A stretch of 64,000 bases of DNA from the human T2T-CHM13v2.0 reference genome, Homo sapiens. The notes below the pieces were generated by a model. That model made no database searches. It saw only the letters and a list, made by a program, of their open reading frames with translations, and was not told the DNA's origin. Where the stretch lies: NCBI RefSeq assembly GCF_009914755.1, contig NC_060928.1; one strand, written 5' to 3'. Every line of letters starts with the position of its first letter. Position 1 is the first letter of the stretch. Positions 13,303-33,773 of this stretch are shown in pieces. Both the position numbers and the translations under genes were made by a program.

Positions 13303-14426
13303 TAGCAGCGAGGACTCACTCTGCAAGGATAAGAACCTCATTGGTCAGTCTCCCTCCTGGTACAGCGGGTTTCTCAGTGGTCAGAACTGCCTGACTCCTG
13401 GCTGCCACTTACTGGCAAGGTCATGGGTGAGCTGTTCACCCTCTCAGGATCTTCTCTGGAGTTTCTTTTTTGCAGTATGAGAGGAACATCTTCCAGTATT
13501 TTCACAAGGCTTGTCTGATCTGAGCACTCACTTGAAAATACCTGCCCGGCGCCTGGCCCTTGACAGGGCGTTCTAAATATTTACTTCCCCTTCCCAGCAG
13601 GCTTGACAGCCTCTGCAGGAAGGAGATGTGCCCGTGGCTCTGTCGCTGGAATATCAAGGTGAGACTGGGGATGTGGCACGTCACAGGTGATCTGCTTATA
13701 GCACTGCCTGCACAGAAGACTGGAGAGCACCCTACACGGAGGACTGTGTGGAGAGCACCCTCGAATACTCGTGAGCAGCTCTAACTCAGAAGTACAAGAT
13801 ACTCAACGAGAGACCAGTGAGGAGGAGAGGATTTTCATAGAAAAACAGCACAGTTGCAGAGTAGGGCATCAGCTCTGAAGTCCATTACAGGTGCATTTCG
13901 TGTTTTCCCATCCATCAGCTGCACTACGCTTCTGCCAGGCTGGCTCAGCGAGCATCTGTTGTCCCCGTTGCACACATGGAGTGAACTTGGAACACAATGG
14001 CCGCACGTGAGTGCAGATCTTCCTCCTTCCTCCCCATGTCCTCTCCTCTCATGGCCTCCTCTGGCTCCTCCCTCATCCCAACTCGTGTAGCTCTTCAGCC
14101 TCCCAGCACCTACAGTGCATCCATCCCCTTAGCTGTCCCTGTGGACCCTCCTTGGCCATGGTTCACCCACCAACCCCTTTATCCATTCCACCTGGTGAAC
14201 CTCCAGCACTACACACAGGGAGCCCAGCCAGGCTGGTGAGAAACAGCCATTCTCTAGTTTCTACAGCTCTCCTGAGCCCCCGCCGTATCCTACAATCCCC
14301 TCTCCTTGATCCAGGCGACGTGCTGCCCTAGGCACTTGTGTCACATCTTCTCAGACCTCTGCAGCTCGCCTGTCCTCCTCCTTATGGCCTTGCTTCCTAT
14401 TTCTCTCAGAACCTAGAAGCAAATAG

Positions 14427-15064
14427 GGGCCAGGCGTGGTGGCTCACACCTGTAATCTCAACACGTTGGGAGGCTGAGGCAGGTGGGTCACTTGAGGTCA
14501 GGAGTTCGAGAGCAGCCTGGCCAACATGGTGAAACCTCATCTCTACTAAAAATACAAAAATTAGGTATACTGCCACATGCCTGTAGTCCCAGCTACTCAG
14601 GAGGCTGAGGCACGAGAATCGCTTGAACCTGGGAAGCGGAGGTTGCAGTGAGATCGCACCTCTGCACTCCAGCCTGGGCAACCGAGCAAGGCTGTCTCAA
14701 AAAAAAAAAAAAAGGAAAAGAAAAAAGAAACAAATAGGAAAGAACATTCCTCAAGCTCCCATAACACCTCCCTACCTCCCCACATCTGTGCCCGTGGACT
14801 CTGCACTTTCCCATCTAAAACCAACCTGCCCCCAACCCCTTGATTTCCCACCTCTGCTTTTTCTCACTAAGTCTTATTATCACCATCTGACCTACTATAT
14901 AATCTTCCCCTATTACGATGTAACCTCTTCTTTTTTTTTTTTTAAATAGAGACAGAGTCTCACTATGTTGCCCAGGCTGGTCTCAAACTCCTGAGCTCAA
15001 GTAATCCTCCCGCTTAGGCCTCCCAAAGTGCTAGGATTACGGGCATGAGCCACCGAGCCTGGCC
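14427..15064. mobile_element. AluS (+, 14427-14730) and FLAM/left arm (-, 14928-15064) within L2-like remnants
   Basis: Alu consensus matches; the flanks resemble degraded L2. Confidence 0.8.
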
Positions 15065-15559
15065 AGGATATAAACTCTTTGTGTCTCTTTTGTTCACTGC
15101 TTTATCCTCAGTGCCCAGAACAGTGCCTGACCCTAAATGCTCAGTAACAAATAGTCAAATGAATGTCTTTGGAATACTTTTTAGTCAAAATACTGGACCT
15201 CCTAGATTGATTGATTTTTTTCTCCTGAACCTTGTTCATCAGACTCCACTGAAATACTTCTTGCCCAGGTGGCCCACGACCTCCCCATTGCTAAACCGAG
15301 TGAGAATTCTCAGTCCCCTTCCTAATGACTCTGAGGCAGGATATGACACGTCGGCAGCAAGTGCATTCCTTTTTTCTCCTTGAAACAACAACCAAGAGGA
15401 CCACTCCTGCTAGGTTTCCCCTTCATGCACGGGTGGCTCTGTCTTGGACTCCTTCCCCTACCCCAACACACATCTTAAAGTTGGGGTGCCCCAACTTTAA
15501 GAACACAGGCCCTGGACCTCCTCTCCGGCCTTGGCTCTGTCCCTAGGCCATCTCCTCAA

Positions 15560-16096
15560 TGACAGAGCAGGAGCACTGTCATCTTGGACAAACAACTCCA
15601 AAAGTTCCAGCTCCCTTTCTAACCTCATGCGTTTCAAGGAAATGCAGCCAGGAAGAGCAGACAATGAAACACAGATAAGACAGCTTGAGCACAGAGGGAG
15701 GAGGGAAAGTCTCTTCGTAACCACCAAACTTCACCCTCATACAATGGGCCCCAGTAAAACAGTGGGCCCTAATAAGCACATTTCTTTCCCTTTAGGCATG
15801 CTGAGATAGGGAAGCTAAAAGCAAACTCGGGTGGTATGCCTGCAGCTGCAGGAAGATGTGTGGGAACAGATGCAAAAACTCTCCCTCCCAGATAAGCAAG
15901 ACAAAGAGACACAGAAACATTCGGAGCCTGTGATAAGCTCTCCCACCCTGAACCCTTAAATACTCTTATTTTGTAAGAGAGAGGGCCTCTGACCTAAGTC
16001 GGCCAGAAGCCCCTCTCAGGTTTATTTTCCAAAATAACCTATCTTTGACTGTTGAGTGGCTTTTCATGTTTCTTTCCTCTTTATTTAACTCTTACA
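15560..16096 (+). mobile_element. ERV1 solo LTR, LTR19-like
   Basis: TG...CA termini (TGACAGAGCAGGAGCAC...TAACTCTTACA) and 5-bp TSD CTCAA/CTCAC. Interrupts an L2-like sequence. Subfamily from memory. Confidence 0.8.
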
Positions 16097-16486
16097 CTCA
16101 CATCTCATGACCTTAAATACTGTCTGCCCATGACTCCTCCCAAAACTCTGGATTCCTGTCCTGAGCTGCCTACCAGCATCTTCACAGACACCCCAGACTA
16201 AGAGCTTTCAAGACCAAGCTCCTTGTCTTCTCAATTCATGGCCACCTTATTAAATGGCAATCCTGTTCCTCCAGGATTTTACTCAGACTAAAAACCTTAA
16301 GAGTTATCTTACTTCATCAGTATAAGTATGGAGGTGCCTCCTGTATGCCAGGTGCTGGATTTGCCAAAGGCTCAGAAAACAAGACCCCTAGGCCAAGTCA
16401 CATTTTTGAATAAATCTGCTTGATGAGGACAATAATTTGCTCTTGTAGAATAAAACTTTAGGGAATAGCATTAAAACCAAAGCTCT

Positions 16487-18930
<2,444 letters not shown>

Positions 18931-19584
18931 CTGCGAACGCTTTTCAAAGTAGCTTATACCGTACATCCTACTTTGTAATCCGCCTTTCATGTAGCAAATT
19001 GCCATAAACACCTTCCCTTGTCAGAAAACGTGTGTTTCGACACTGACTCTGAATCCCTGTGAAACTCCGGTCACTTCCCTTCAGCTCAGGACGTCTGTGA
19101 AGGCCCCACATGGTTCTGAGCAGGCGGGAGGAACTCGGTCCAAGCCCCTCTTCCCTGAACTCCCAGGGCTACAGCGTTTCCTTCCAGCCGCCAGATGACA
19201 ACATAGCCACTGGCAACAGGCAGAGACGTGGCCCGGCTGTTCCCCGTGTTAAGGCCACCAGCAGGGGCAGCATTTCTGCAACCCTGGGCAGCTGACCAAG
19301 CACACTGGGGACCTTCCCCTTCGACCCCCAGGGGCCCGTTGGAGAGTGGCACTCTCTCTTGCCCCGGTTTGGAGGCGCGTGTCCTGAGAAGGGAAGTCGG
19401 TCAAGTATTTTTCACCCTGTTGAGCTGACTGTGGCCTGGACTTTAGCGTTCAGGCTGGAGCTGCCCTAGGAGCAACCCAGCCCGGGGCCCCACCTCCCAG
19501 CTCCCAACAGGCGCCGCATCTGACAGCAGCGTGAACTTGGCCAAGCTCCCGGGGGGGCCTCGGTGACCACGCCCGGCCTATTAT

Positions 19585-20570
19585 CCCATTTTTATGAAAT
19601 GTCCAGAGCAGACAAATCCACAGAGACAGAAAGTAAGTTAGTGGTGACCAGGGTCTGGGGGAGAGGGAATGGGGAGTGACTGACTGCTCACTGGGTTTCT
19701 GTGAGGGTTGATGAAAAAGTTCTGGAACTAGAGACTGGTTGTTATGGACTGGACTGTTTCCCCCTCCCCCTAAAATTCACATGTTGAACCCCCTAATCCC
19801 AAAGGTGACTGTATTTGGAGCTGGGGCAGTTAAGGAAGTAATAAGGGTTAAATTAGGTCATAAGGATGGGGCCCTGACTCCATAGGATTGGAGTCCTTAT
19901 AAGAAAAGGAAGAGACACCAGATTCTCTGCCTCTCTCTGCACATGCGGAAAGACCATGTGGGAATACAGAGAGAAGGCTGGGCTGTCTGCAAGCCAGGAA
20001 GAGAGGCCTCACCAGAAATCAATGCTGCTGACACCTTTTTTTCCTTTTTTTTTTAAAAAAAACCAAAAAAAACAAAGAGACAAGGTCTTGCTCTGTCAAC
20101 CAGGCTGGAGTACAGTGATGCACTCCTGGCTCACCATAGCCTCCCCCTAGGCTCAAGCAATCCTCCTGCCTCAGCCTCCTTAGTAAACTATAGGCACATG
20201 CCATCATGTCTGGCTAATTTTTATTTTTTGTAGAGATGGGATCTCACTTTGTTGCCCTGGCTGATCTCAAACTCTTGGCCTCAAGCGATTCTCCCTTCTG
20301 GGCCTCCTAAAGTACTGGGGTTACCAGTGTGAGCCACTACAGCCAGCCTGCTGGCACCTTAAACCTTAGACTTCCAACCTCCAGAACTGTGAGAAAAAAA
20401 CCGTAATCCCCCCAGCGTGCGGTATCTTGTTATATCAGCCAGAGCAGACTAATACAGTGGGGGTGGTTGCACAACCTTGTACACACACTAAATGCCACTG
20501 AATTGTACACTTTAAAATGGTGAAAATAGTAAATTTCATGTTGTGTGTATTTTACCACAATAAATAATAT
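19585..20570 (+). mobile_element. L1MB 3' end interrupted by an MLT1A-type MaLR LTR (~19740-20456), itself interrupted by AluJ (-, 20035-20347)
   Basis: L1 motifs (ACAAATCCACAGAGACAGAAAGT; CCACTGAATTGTACACTTTAAAATGG) flank TGTTATGGACT...GACTAATACA. Confidence 0.8.
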
Positions 20571-20693
20571 TAACAGCCAAGTAGCCCTATCCCACAGGAC
20601 TGCTGTGAGGATGACATGAGTTTAGCTGGTGTCCAGGTGGCTGCTTCCAGAGTCTACACCCACGGGCTGAAGCTGAATCCAGCTCCCCTGTAG

Positions 20694-21044
<351 letters not shown>

Positions 21045-21509
21045 TAAAGTATCAACTTAAATCGAGGTCCAATATTGTTGACCGGCACCTGGAGGGATAA
21101 GAGAGGCACCTCAGAGAAACCGGGCCGTGACCTTGGGCCTGCGACTCAGTTTTCCCCTCTGTGAAGTGGGAGAGTAATAACCATGCCCACCTTCTAGGGC
21201 TGCTGTGAGGAACAGAGGAAATGGCCCATTAAGGGCCAGATCACAGCCTGGGGTGGGAATAAATCCACAATTCACGTGGGCCTTCGTGGTTGTTCTCTCT
21301 TGCAGGTGCCAAGGGAACAGGATTCCCGTCCTTCTCATTCACTGCATCTCCTCCAATCCCAGCAAAGCACCAGGTACATCACAGGCACTCGGCAATTATT
21401 TAATGAATGGATGGTGGAGGTGGAGTTTGTATTAGACAAAATAATTTCATTATGCTTGTGTCAAAATGACCACTAATAATTTTACCTAAAATCCAAGCAA
21501 GTTAGTTAC

Positions 21510-22271
<762 letters not shown>

Positions 22272-23256
22272 AAGTTACTCAGGTTTGAAGGCTTCAAATG
22301 CAATATATCAAGACCGTACAATTTAATTCACCCTATTCCTGGGTCTGCAGACAGAGCCAGACATAGGTGTGGCTGCATCTTGTTCCTCACCACCTCCTGC
22401 AGGCCTTAAAGCTGGCCATGCCCGCCACCACCGCCTGGCCTGTTGTAACCCTGCACACATACCCAACCTCTGTCCAGCAGCAGACCCACCTGCCCAGGGG
22501 GCTCTCATCTCAGCACCCGTGGGGCAGTGGCCCTAGTGACCCCAATGCCTGGCACCAGTAGTGAGTGCTGAGTGGCCCAGTAAACGAAGCTGCCTGTAAT
22601 TCTCAAATCCTAGAGTCCAGGGCAGTGAGGCCCATGACAGACAGGTCCTATTGCTAATGAAAGCTGGTCATTTTATTTTTCATCTCCCAGATTCTCAAAT
22701 TACAAGGTAATTTTATCAGGGCCCTTTGCTGTAGACTGCCTGCCCACTGACTGTAAGAAAGAAGAGAAAGAGAGAGAGAGAACTCTCAGCTTTGAGGAGA
22801 GACACTTTTTCCTTCTGGCTGAGCTGGTGGTTCTGGCTGGGCTGCAGGCTTTTCAAACACGTATTCATGACATGTTACGTGGAAGCCCAGTCCACAGGAC
22901 AGAAAAACTGGATGCTCCGGTTGACAGGAGGATGGGAACCCAGAGCCCTGTGTGCCTGGCCCCTTATCCTTTTATCCCCCTCCAGCCTTGAGCTCCAGGA
23001 GACCCCCAGAAACTTCGAAGGACAACAGTGAAACCACTGACCTCGGGGACAGAAGAGACTCCAGGAAATGACCAGTCAATCATGGGGGGTGCTGTCCTTC
23101 TGGCTTCCATATATCAACTCTGGACAGTTCCACTATTTTGTGTTTATAAACGTGTGCCTTGCTCCAAGAAGACTATGGAAATACCAAGGGAAAATAGAGG
23201 TGCAGGATGAGATGAAGCCAGGGGGTATGGTTCCTACATGGAAATGCATAACATGC

Positions 23257-24210
<954 letters not shown>

Positions 24211-24494
24211 ACAGTCCTAACAATACCTGTGAGTTCCACCTTCAGTTATGAGATTCCTAGTGGGCAAGGCAAAGAAGGAAATCTGTTATTGGAATCTCAG
24301 CATTTCATGCAGGCTAAGCTGGCGACCTCATCAAAATGAACAGACCCAGAGTGATGAATGCAGTGTCTGGCACCCAGGTGGTACTTAAAAATAAATGTTA
24401 CCTGGCATTTTTCTCATTTTAAAGTTTTTAATATTTTTTAACCACTGACTTTTTTTCCCCACGAAGTCAGGCATGTTAGAAAACAGTAGACTAG

Positions 24495-25490
<996 letters not shown>

Positions 25491-26019
25491 AATAATGAAG
25501 ACATTTCCTGCTCACCCACAACCCATGCCCCTGGCCTGCCTTGCTTGCTGATTGCAGCATTTTCTCACTGAGCTCAGGTTGACTCTAGGGTCCTCCTCAA
25601 CACTGTGCTGCCACAGATGTTTTCAGCCTGACCAACTGCACCAACGAGGAAGGTCTCCAGCATCCCCAGACTCAATCATCTCAAAAGCCCCTTCAGGAGG
25701 GAGTGTTCTGGAATGCCTCTGTGCTGGGTCTTTGGGTTGGTTGCTGTGCCTCTGTGCCTCTCACTAGGTTGTGGTGCATGCGTGGTGGAAGTCCGAGCCT
25801 CTGACACCCAGCACTCGCTCACTCACGCACCTGTTGCAGGGTTACGCCCACTGGGCCCCGGGGCTCTCAGGGCAGAAGCCCCAAGAAGGTGGCACCTTCC
25901 CGCCCTCATAGCAAAGCCCTGTATAGCCTTCACCTTCTCATCCTGCCTGCCTGCACATCTGTTGTGGCTTTGCACTTAGTGCTCAGTAATATGTATTGAT
26001 TTTGTCAAATAAGAAGCAA

Positions 26020-28600
26020 ATATGACTTTGCTCCTATTACAATGGCTACTATTAAAAAAAAAAGTAAAAATAGAAAATAACAAGTGTTGGTGAAAATGTG
26101 GAGAAATCGGGACCACCATGCACCATTGGTGGGAATGGAAAGTGCTGCAGCCACTGCAGAAAATGGTTCGGAGATTCCTCAGAATGTTTGACAAGTTCTA
26201 TAGGGTCCAACCCTATGGGGTCTGTGGGTTTTTCTCCTCGTGTGCAGAGACGAGAGATTGTAGAAATAAAGACACAAGACAAAGAGGTAGAAGAAAAGAC
26301 AGCTGGGCCCGAGGGCCACTACCACCTAGACGTGGAGACCAGTAGTGGCCCCGAATGCCTGGCTGCACAGTTATTTATTGGATACAAGACAAGGGGGCAG
26401 GGTAAGGAGTGTGAGTCATCTCCAATGATAGGTAAGGTCACGCGAGTCACGTGTCCACTGGACAGGGGGCCCTTCCCGGTTTGGCAGCCGAGGCAGAGGG
26501 AGACAGAGGACAGCTTACTCCATTATTTCTTCTATGCATTTCAAAGACTTTTAGTACTTTCACTAATTCTGCTACTGTTATCTAGAAGGCAGAGCCAGGT
26601 GTACAGGGTGGAATATGAAAGCGGACCAGGAGTGTGACCGCTGAAGCACAGCATCACAGGGAGACGGTTAGGCCTCTGGATGGCTGCAGGCAGGCCTGAC
26701 TGATGTCAAGCCTTCCACAAGAGGTGGTGGAACAGAGTCTTCTCTAACTCACCCAGGGAAAGGGAGACTTCCTTTCCCGGTCTACTAAGTAATGGGTGCC
26801 TTCCCCAGGCACTGACGCTACCGCTAAACCGAGGTCCGCTAGGTAACAGGTGCCTTCCCAGGCGCTGGTGTTACCGCGAGACCAGGGAGCCCTCTAGTGG
26901 CCCTGTCTGGGCGTGACAGAGGGCTCACACTCTTCTGATCACTTCTCACCATGTCCCTTCGGCTCCTATCTCTGTATGGCCTGGTTTTTCCTAGGTTATA
27001 ATTGTAGAACAAAGATTATTATAACATTGGAAAGAAGAGTAATACTACAAACTAATGGTTAATGATATTCATATGTAATCATATTTATAATCTATTTCTA
27101 GTATAACTATTTTTATTCTATATATTTTCTTTATTATACTGGAACAGCTTGTGTCCCTCAGTCTCTTGCCTTGGCACCTGGGTGGCTTGCCACCCACAAA
27201 ATTCGAATTAAAAAACCATGTCAGGCCAGGTGCAGTGGCTCATGCCTGTAATCCCAGCACTTTGGGAGGCTGAGGCGGGCAGATCATCTGAGGTCAGGAT
27301 TTCAAGACCAGCCTGGCCAACATGGTGAAACCCCATCTCTACTAAAAATACAAAGATTAGCTGGGCATGATGGCGCAGGCCTGTAGCCCCAGCTACTTGG
27401 GAGGCTTAGGCAGGAGAATCACTTGAACCCAGGAGGCGGAGGTTGCAGTGAGCTTAGATCGCGCCATTGTACTCTAGCCTGGGCAACAGACTAAGAATCA
27501 GTCTCAAAAAAAAAAAAGAAAGAAAGAAAGAAAAGAAAAGAAAAGAAAACTATATTAAAAAATTGAAATGAAGGTCAGGTGCGGTGGCTCACTCCTGTAA
27601 TCCCAGCACTTTGGGAGGCCGAGGTGGGAGGATCACTTGAGGTCAGGAGTTCGAGACCAGCCTGGCCAACATGATGAAACACGATCTCTACCAAAAATAC
27701 AAAAATCAGCCGGGTGGCGGGTGCCTGTAATCTCAGCTACTTGGGAGGTTGAGGCAGGAAATCACTCCATCTCAAAAATAAATAAATAAATACTGAAATT
27801 AAAAATTAAAAACAGAACCAGCAATCCAAAAGAATTGACAGCAAGGTCTTTTTTTGTTTTTTGAGATGGAGTCTTGCTCTGTTGTCCAGGCTAGAGTACA
27901 GTGTCTTGATGTCGGCTCACTATAACCTCCACCTCCCGGGTTGAAGCAATTCTCCTGCCTCAGCCTCCCGAGTAGCTGGGATTACAGGTTCATACCACCA
28001 TGTCCAGCTAATTTTTATATTTTTAGTAGTGATGAGGTTTTATCATATTGGCCAGGCTGGTCTCGAACTCCTGACCTCGTGATCCACCCACCTTGGCCTC
28101 CCAAAGTGCTGGGATTACAGGCGTGTGTCACCGCGCCCGGCCAGACAGCAGGGTCTTGAAGAGAAGCTGCACTCCCGATTCACAGCAGCCTCATTCACAA
28201 TAGCCAGGAGGTGGAAGCAACACGAGTGTCAATTTTCAGACGAATGAATCAGTGAACTCTGGTGCATACATGCAGGGGAATTTTATCCAGCCGGAAAAAA
28301 GAGGGAAATTTCAACACATGCCACAGTACGGAGGAGTCATGAAGACATTAGGTGAAGTGAAATAAGTCAGTAGGAAGGGTCAAATACTGGGATTCCACTA
28401 GATAGAAAGTAGAATGGTGTGTGCCAGGGGCTGGGGTCAGGGGGCAGGGAGTGAGTGTTTACTGGGGACAGAGGAGAAAGCTCTGGAGATGGATGGTGGT
28501 GATGGCCGTGCAACAAAGTGAATGTGCTTTATTCAACTATACTTGAAAATGGTTCACATGGCTCATTCGATGTTATGTTTTTTACCACAAGTTTAGGAAA
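26020..28600 (+). mobile_element. Fragmented L1MB 3' region hosting LTR13 and three Alus (27224-27550 +, 27572-27790 +, 27848-28142 -)
   Basis: L1 motifs AATAACAAGTGTTGGTGA, CATTCACAATAGCCA..AGGTGGAAGCAAC and GAGATGGATGGTGGTGATGG continue across the insertions. Confidence 0.8.
26199..27198 (-). mobile_element. LTR13 solo LTR (HERV-K13/HML-4 group), 1000 bp
   Basis: Minus strand begins TGTGGGTGGCAAGCCACCCAGGTGCCAAGGCAAGAGAC and ends GGACCCTATA. The 6-bp TSD AAGTTC/AAATTC is typical of betaretrovirus-like ERVs. Confidence 0.9.
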
Positions 28601-28640
28601 AAGAAAAACAAGCACATATATTAAAAACAACAACAAAACA

Positions 28641-29553
<913 letters not shown>

Positions 29554-30853
29554 CTGTCCTTTCAAATAGGATGGAACTGAGAGGTATTATGGAGTATCTG
29601 ATTTTTTTTTTCTGGCACAGAGGGGGCCACTAATAAACATCCATTGAAGAATGAATGAATGAATGAGTTGGCAGAAGGGAGCAACCACTAGGAGCTGGAG
29701 TGATCTGAGAAGGCTTCATGGAGGAAGGTGGTATTTGAGGTGGACCTTAAAGGAAGGGTACATTCAATGAACAACACATTAAGGATCCCAATAAAACAGT
29801 TCCGAGGGTGGGGAGGAAGGAGAACGCTTATGTACTGGGTACACATTACACAAGAGACCTTGACTGGGTCCTTCAGGAAAACAGAAACCACTCTAGTTTT
29901 TTCAAGCAGAAAGGGGTTAAGACAAGGAGAAATTCATTGCTGACAGAGCTGTTGGAAGGTGGGGAGGAGCGAATGTCAGGCCCCGCTTTGATGTCTATTC
30001 TTCCAGGAACCGTTTCTCTCCTTTTCCCTCCTCTCTGTTTTTGCCATCCTTGGTCATGAGCAAGTGAGCCTCTGGGACTCAACCTCCTCAAAAGCAAAGC
30101 CAGAGTCCTAGCCTCTGCCAGCCCAGGGCCAAGATGCCCAGCAGGGGCCTTCTGTATTTGAGATGGATTGAAGCTCTCCAATCGCTATCTTGATGCATTC
30201 CCTGCCAATACCCCAGGGATACAATTATGCAACCGCGCTTTTCAAACAGACCTCCCAGCTGTGCAAGCAAAATCAAGGGGAGCAGGGCTCTGATCCAGCT
30301 CACCCTCACGGCCCCACTCCTCTCATCAGCCTGGCAACGTACAGGGCTCAGGAGGAGGAGGAGGTGATCTAGAGCTGGTCAGAGACACTAGGCCCTTCCT
30401 GGAGCCAGTGATAGGCCAGTGGGCAGGACAATGCCTCAGATTTCAGAACAATGCTCTGCTCTGAGCAGGTCAAGGTGATGGGTGGGACATCAGAAGCAAC
30501 TCAGGATGCCCACAGGTTGTTCCCAGGCGATAGTATCCCCAAGGCCCAGGGTCAAGCAACAGCAATGTGGCTGAACAGGAAGTAGAAGCTGGGTCCCTCA
30601 GACCCCACTACACCTGTGCTGAGCCCTGGACCTAGTTCCCAACACCCCTCCCTCCGGCCAGACAGAATCTCTGCAGATCCCACCATCCATGCACCCCCCC
30701 CATACCCCTACCACCATGCCTCTGCTCAAGTCCCTCCTCCAGGGCATCCCTGCCTTCTTCCCATCCCCTCTACCTTTCTCGGCAGTTACTGTACAATAAG
30801 CCCTCCTCACCTCCACCCAGGGGACGGGGTCACATCTAGGCAGAACAGCATCA

Positions 30854-31346
30854 TGGTCAACCTGAAAAAAGACACCAGAGAAAATGATCTCTAAATATGT
30901 GGAGCTTACTCGCGAGTAAGAAATAAGGATGGTAATCCGGAATGCATGCAAGCCATCAGTGCATTCGGCGAGGGAAGGGTAAAGAGCCACTTTTATTGGG
31001 AAAAAGAGATTTACATAAGCTGCTTAGAAACAGAGTTCATTGGTTCCCGAGGTCGAAGCCAGAGTTGTCGTCAGTGCTTTGGTGGAGACGCCAGTGCTGG
31101 GCGAATGTTCTTCCGAGAGCGCCTTATCTGCGTTGCTGCAGTCCTGCAGAATGTCGAGTGGTAAGTCTCATCAAAGCAGGAGCTGTGTGAAGGACGCGCA
31201 AGGGTTTCTGATGGGGTTTTAGAAAGTCCTTGGAAACAGTTCTTATCTCAGATATGGAAGTGCGAGCCTCTCCTTCACGCCTTCCCAGCCCTATTTTGTC
31301 TAAGTCTGACAAAAGTGATTTTATCCTGGTATCTGCAACTTTCACA
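30854..31346 (-). mobile_element. ERV1 (MER4-group, MER65/LTR31-like) solo LTR, CpG-rich
   Basis: Minus strand starts TGTGAAAGTTGCAGATACCAGGATAAAATCAC and ends ...AGGTTGACCA. Subfamily uncertain. Confidence 0.7.
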
Positions 31347-31999
31347 GTGTTTATGGGTGTGACTGACAGTTGCCCAGGTTCACATAGCCGCCCTCGCCGT
31401 TGCCACGTGATGGGAGGCACGTTCCTCTGAGCCTCAGTTTTCTCCTCCATGCACTGGGGGAGTCACACTCCTACCTCATAGGGTTAGTCTGGGGATGGGC
31501 GTAGGATGATCAAGCCCACGTTCCCCTGGGGCCTGGCTCAAGTATGTGCGCCGGACTTGCCGGCATTGCCACCCATCCCTGCACCCCTCCCTCCAGCAGG
31601 GACCTGACCTCCTTGATTACCTTGCTTGTCTCACCCACTGGACTGTGAGACCCCTCACTGCAGGGGCTGCATGTTGGCCACCGTTGTCCTCAGCCCCTTT
31701 AGCGCTAAGCCTGGCATTGGGTCCCTGTTCATGCTTACAGATACAAATGTACCAGGACAAAAGGCAGAAGAATAGCCACTCCGAGGGACACAGCCTCAGC
31801 CTCACAAATGGCCTGCGTTCATGCTAAGTGTGAACAGGATGGTGGGGGGAGCTGGAAAGATACCCGGCAGAGGTCCCCGTCCCCTGGCCAAGGTTCTGGT
31901 TTCAAAATACCCGAGAGAGGTCCCAGAAACTGACACATTGACCATGAGGTCCAGCTGTTGACAAACACGTTCACTCCTTCTTTGTATAAAAGCCTGGTT

Positions 32000-32805
<806 letters not shown>

Positions 32806-33213
32806 CTCAGCTTTTTCTTAAAGTGAGGCCTGCTCAAGCCCCCCAGGAGGGAGGATGAGAGCAAAGTCAGTTTATTGAACAATGGCCACAGTGAAGGGTC
32901 ATGGAAGCAAGTTCTTTCTCATCTTTGTCCCTTTCAACCCATCTCAGGATGAAATCCTGCAGATCCCTTAGCCCTTCCAGCCATGCTCCGGAGAGACAGT
33001 GTGAAATGTGCCATTATCTGGGGATTCAAAGTCAGGTCCAGTTGGCTCTCAAGCCTGAGAGCTCTCGTCTGATTTAAAACTTCTCCCCTGCCCCAGGTCT
33101 TGGGCATGGAGGAGTGGGCTGGACTTTTCCTCTCTCCTGCTCACCCTGTGCAGGCCTCTCTCCTGCACTAGGCTCTTCTTGGCTCCCCCAGTGTGTTTGT
33201 GATTTAGAAGGGT

Positions 33214-33773
33214 GCTATGGTTTGAATATTTGTCCCCTCCAAAACTCATGTTTAAACTTAATCCTGTCCAAGTGCGGTGGTTCACACCTGTAATCCCAAC
33301 ACTTTGGGAAGCTGAGGCAAGAGGATGGCTTGAGCAGGAGTTTGAGGCCAGCCTGGGCAATATAGCAAGACCCCATCTCTAAAAAAATAAAAATAAAAAA
33401 TAAAGAAAGGAAACATAATCCCTAATGTGGCGGTATTGAGAGGTGGGACTTTAAGAAGAGGGGTCATGAGGCTTCTGCCCTCATGAATGAATTACTGCAT
33501 TCATGAGTTAATGGATGAATGGGTTGTCATGAGACTGGTGGTTTCACAAGAGGAAGAGAGACCTGAGCTAGCACGCTCAGCCCCCTCACCATGGGATGCC
33601 CTGTGCCACCTTGAGGCTCTGCAGAGTCCCCACCAGCAAGAAGGCCATCACCAGATGCAGTCCCTTGACTGTGGAATTCTCAGCCTCCAGAACTGTAAGA
33701 AATTAATTCTTTTCTTTATAAATTTCCCAGTTTCTGGCATTCTGTTATAAGGATCAGAATATGGATGAAGACA
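33214..33773 (+). mobile_element. MST-type MaLR LTR with FLAM insertion (33265-33410)
   Basis: TGCTATGGTTTGAATATTTGTCCCCTCCAAAACTCATG...CCTCCAGAACTGTAAGAAATT... Confidence 0.8.

Noticed and set aside
19253-19272. CTCF-like GGCCACCAGCAGGGGCAGCA (similar partial matches at ~2793 and ~55181)
   Set aside because: Core spacing or a key position is off; too weak to call without data.
26098-26637. 179-aa ORF
   Set aside because: It crosses the L1/LTR13 junction antisense to the LTR, with no recognisable domain or splice support.
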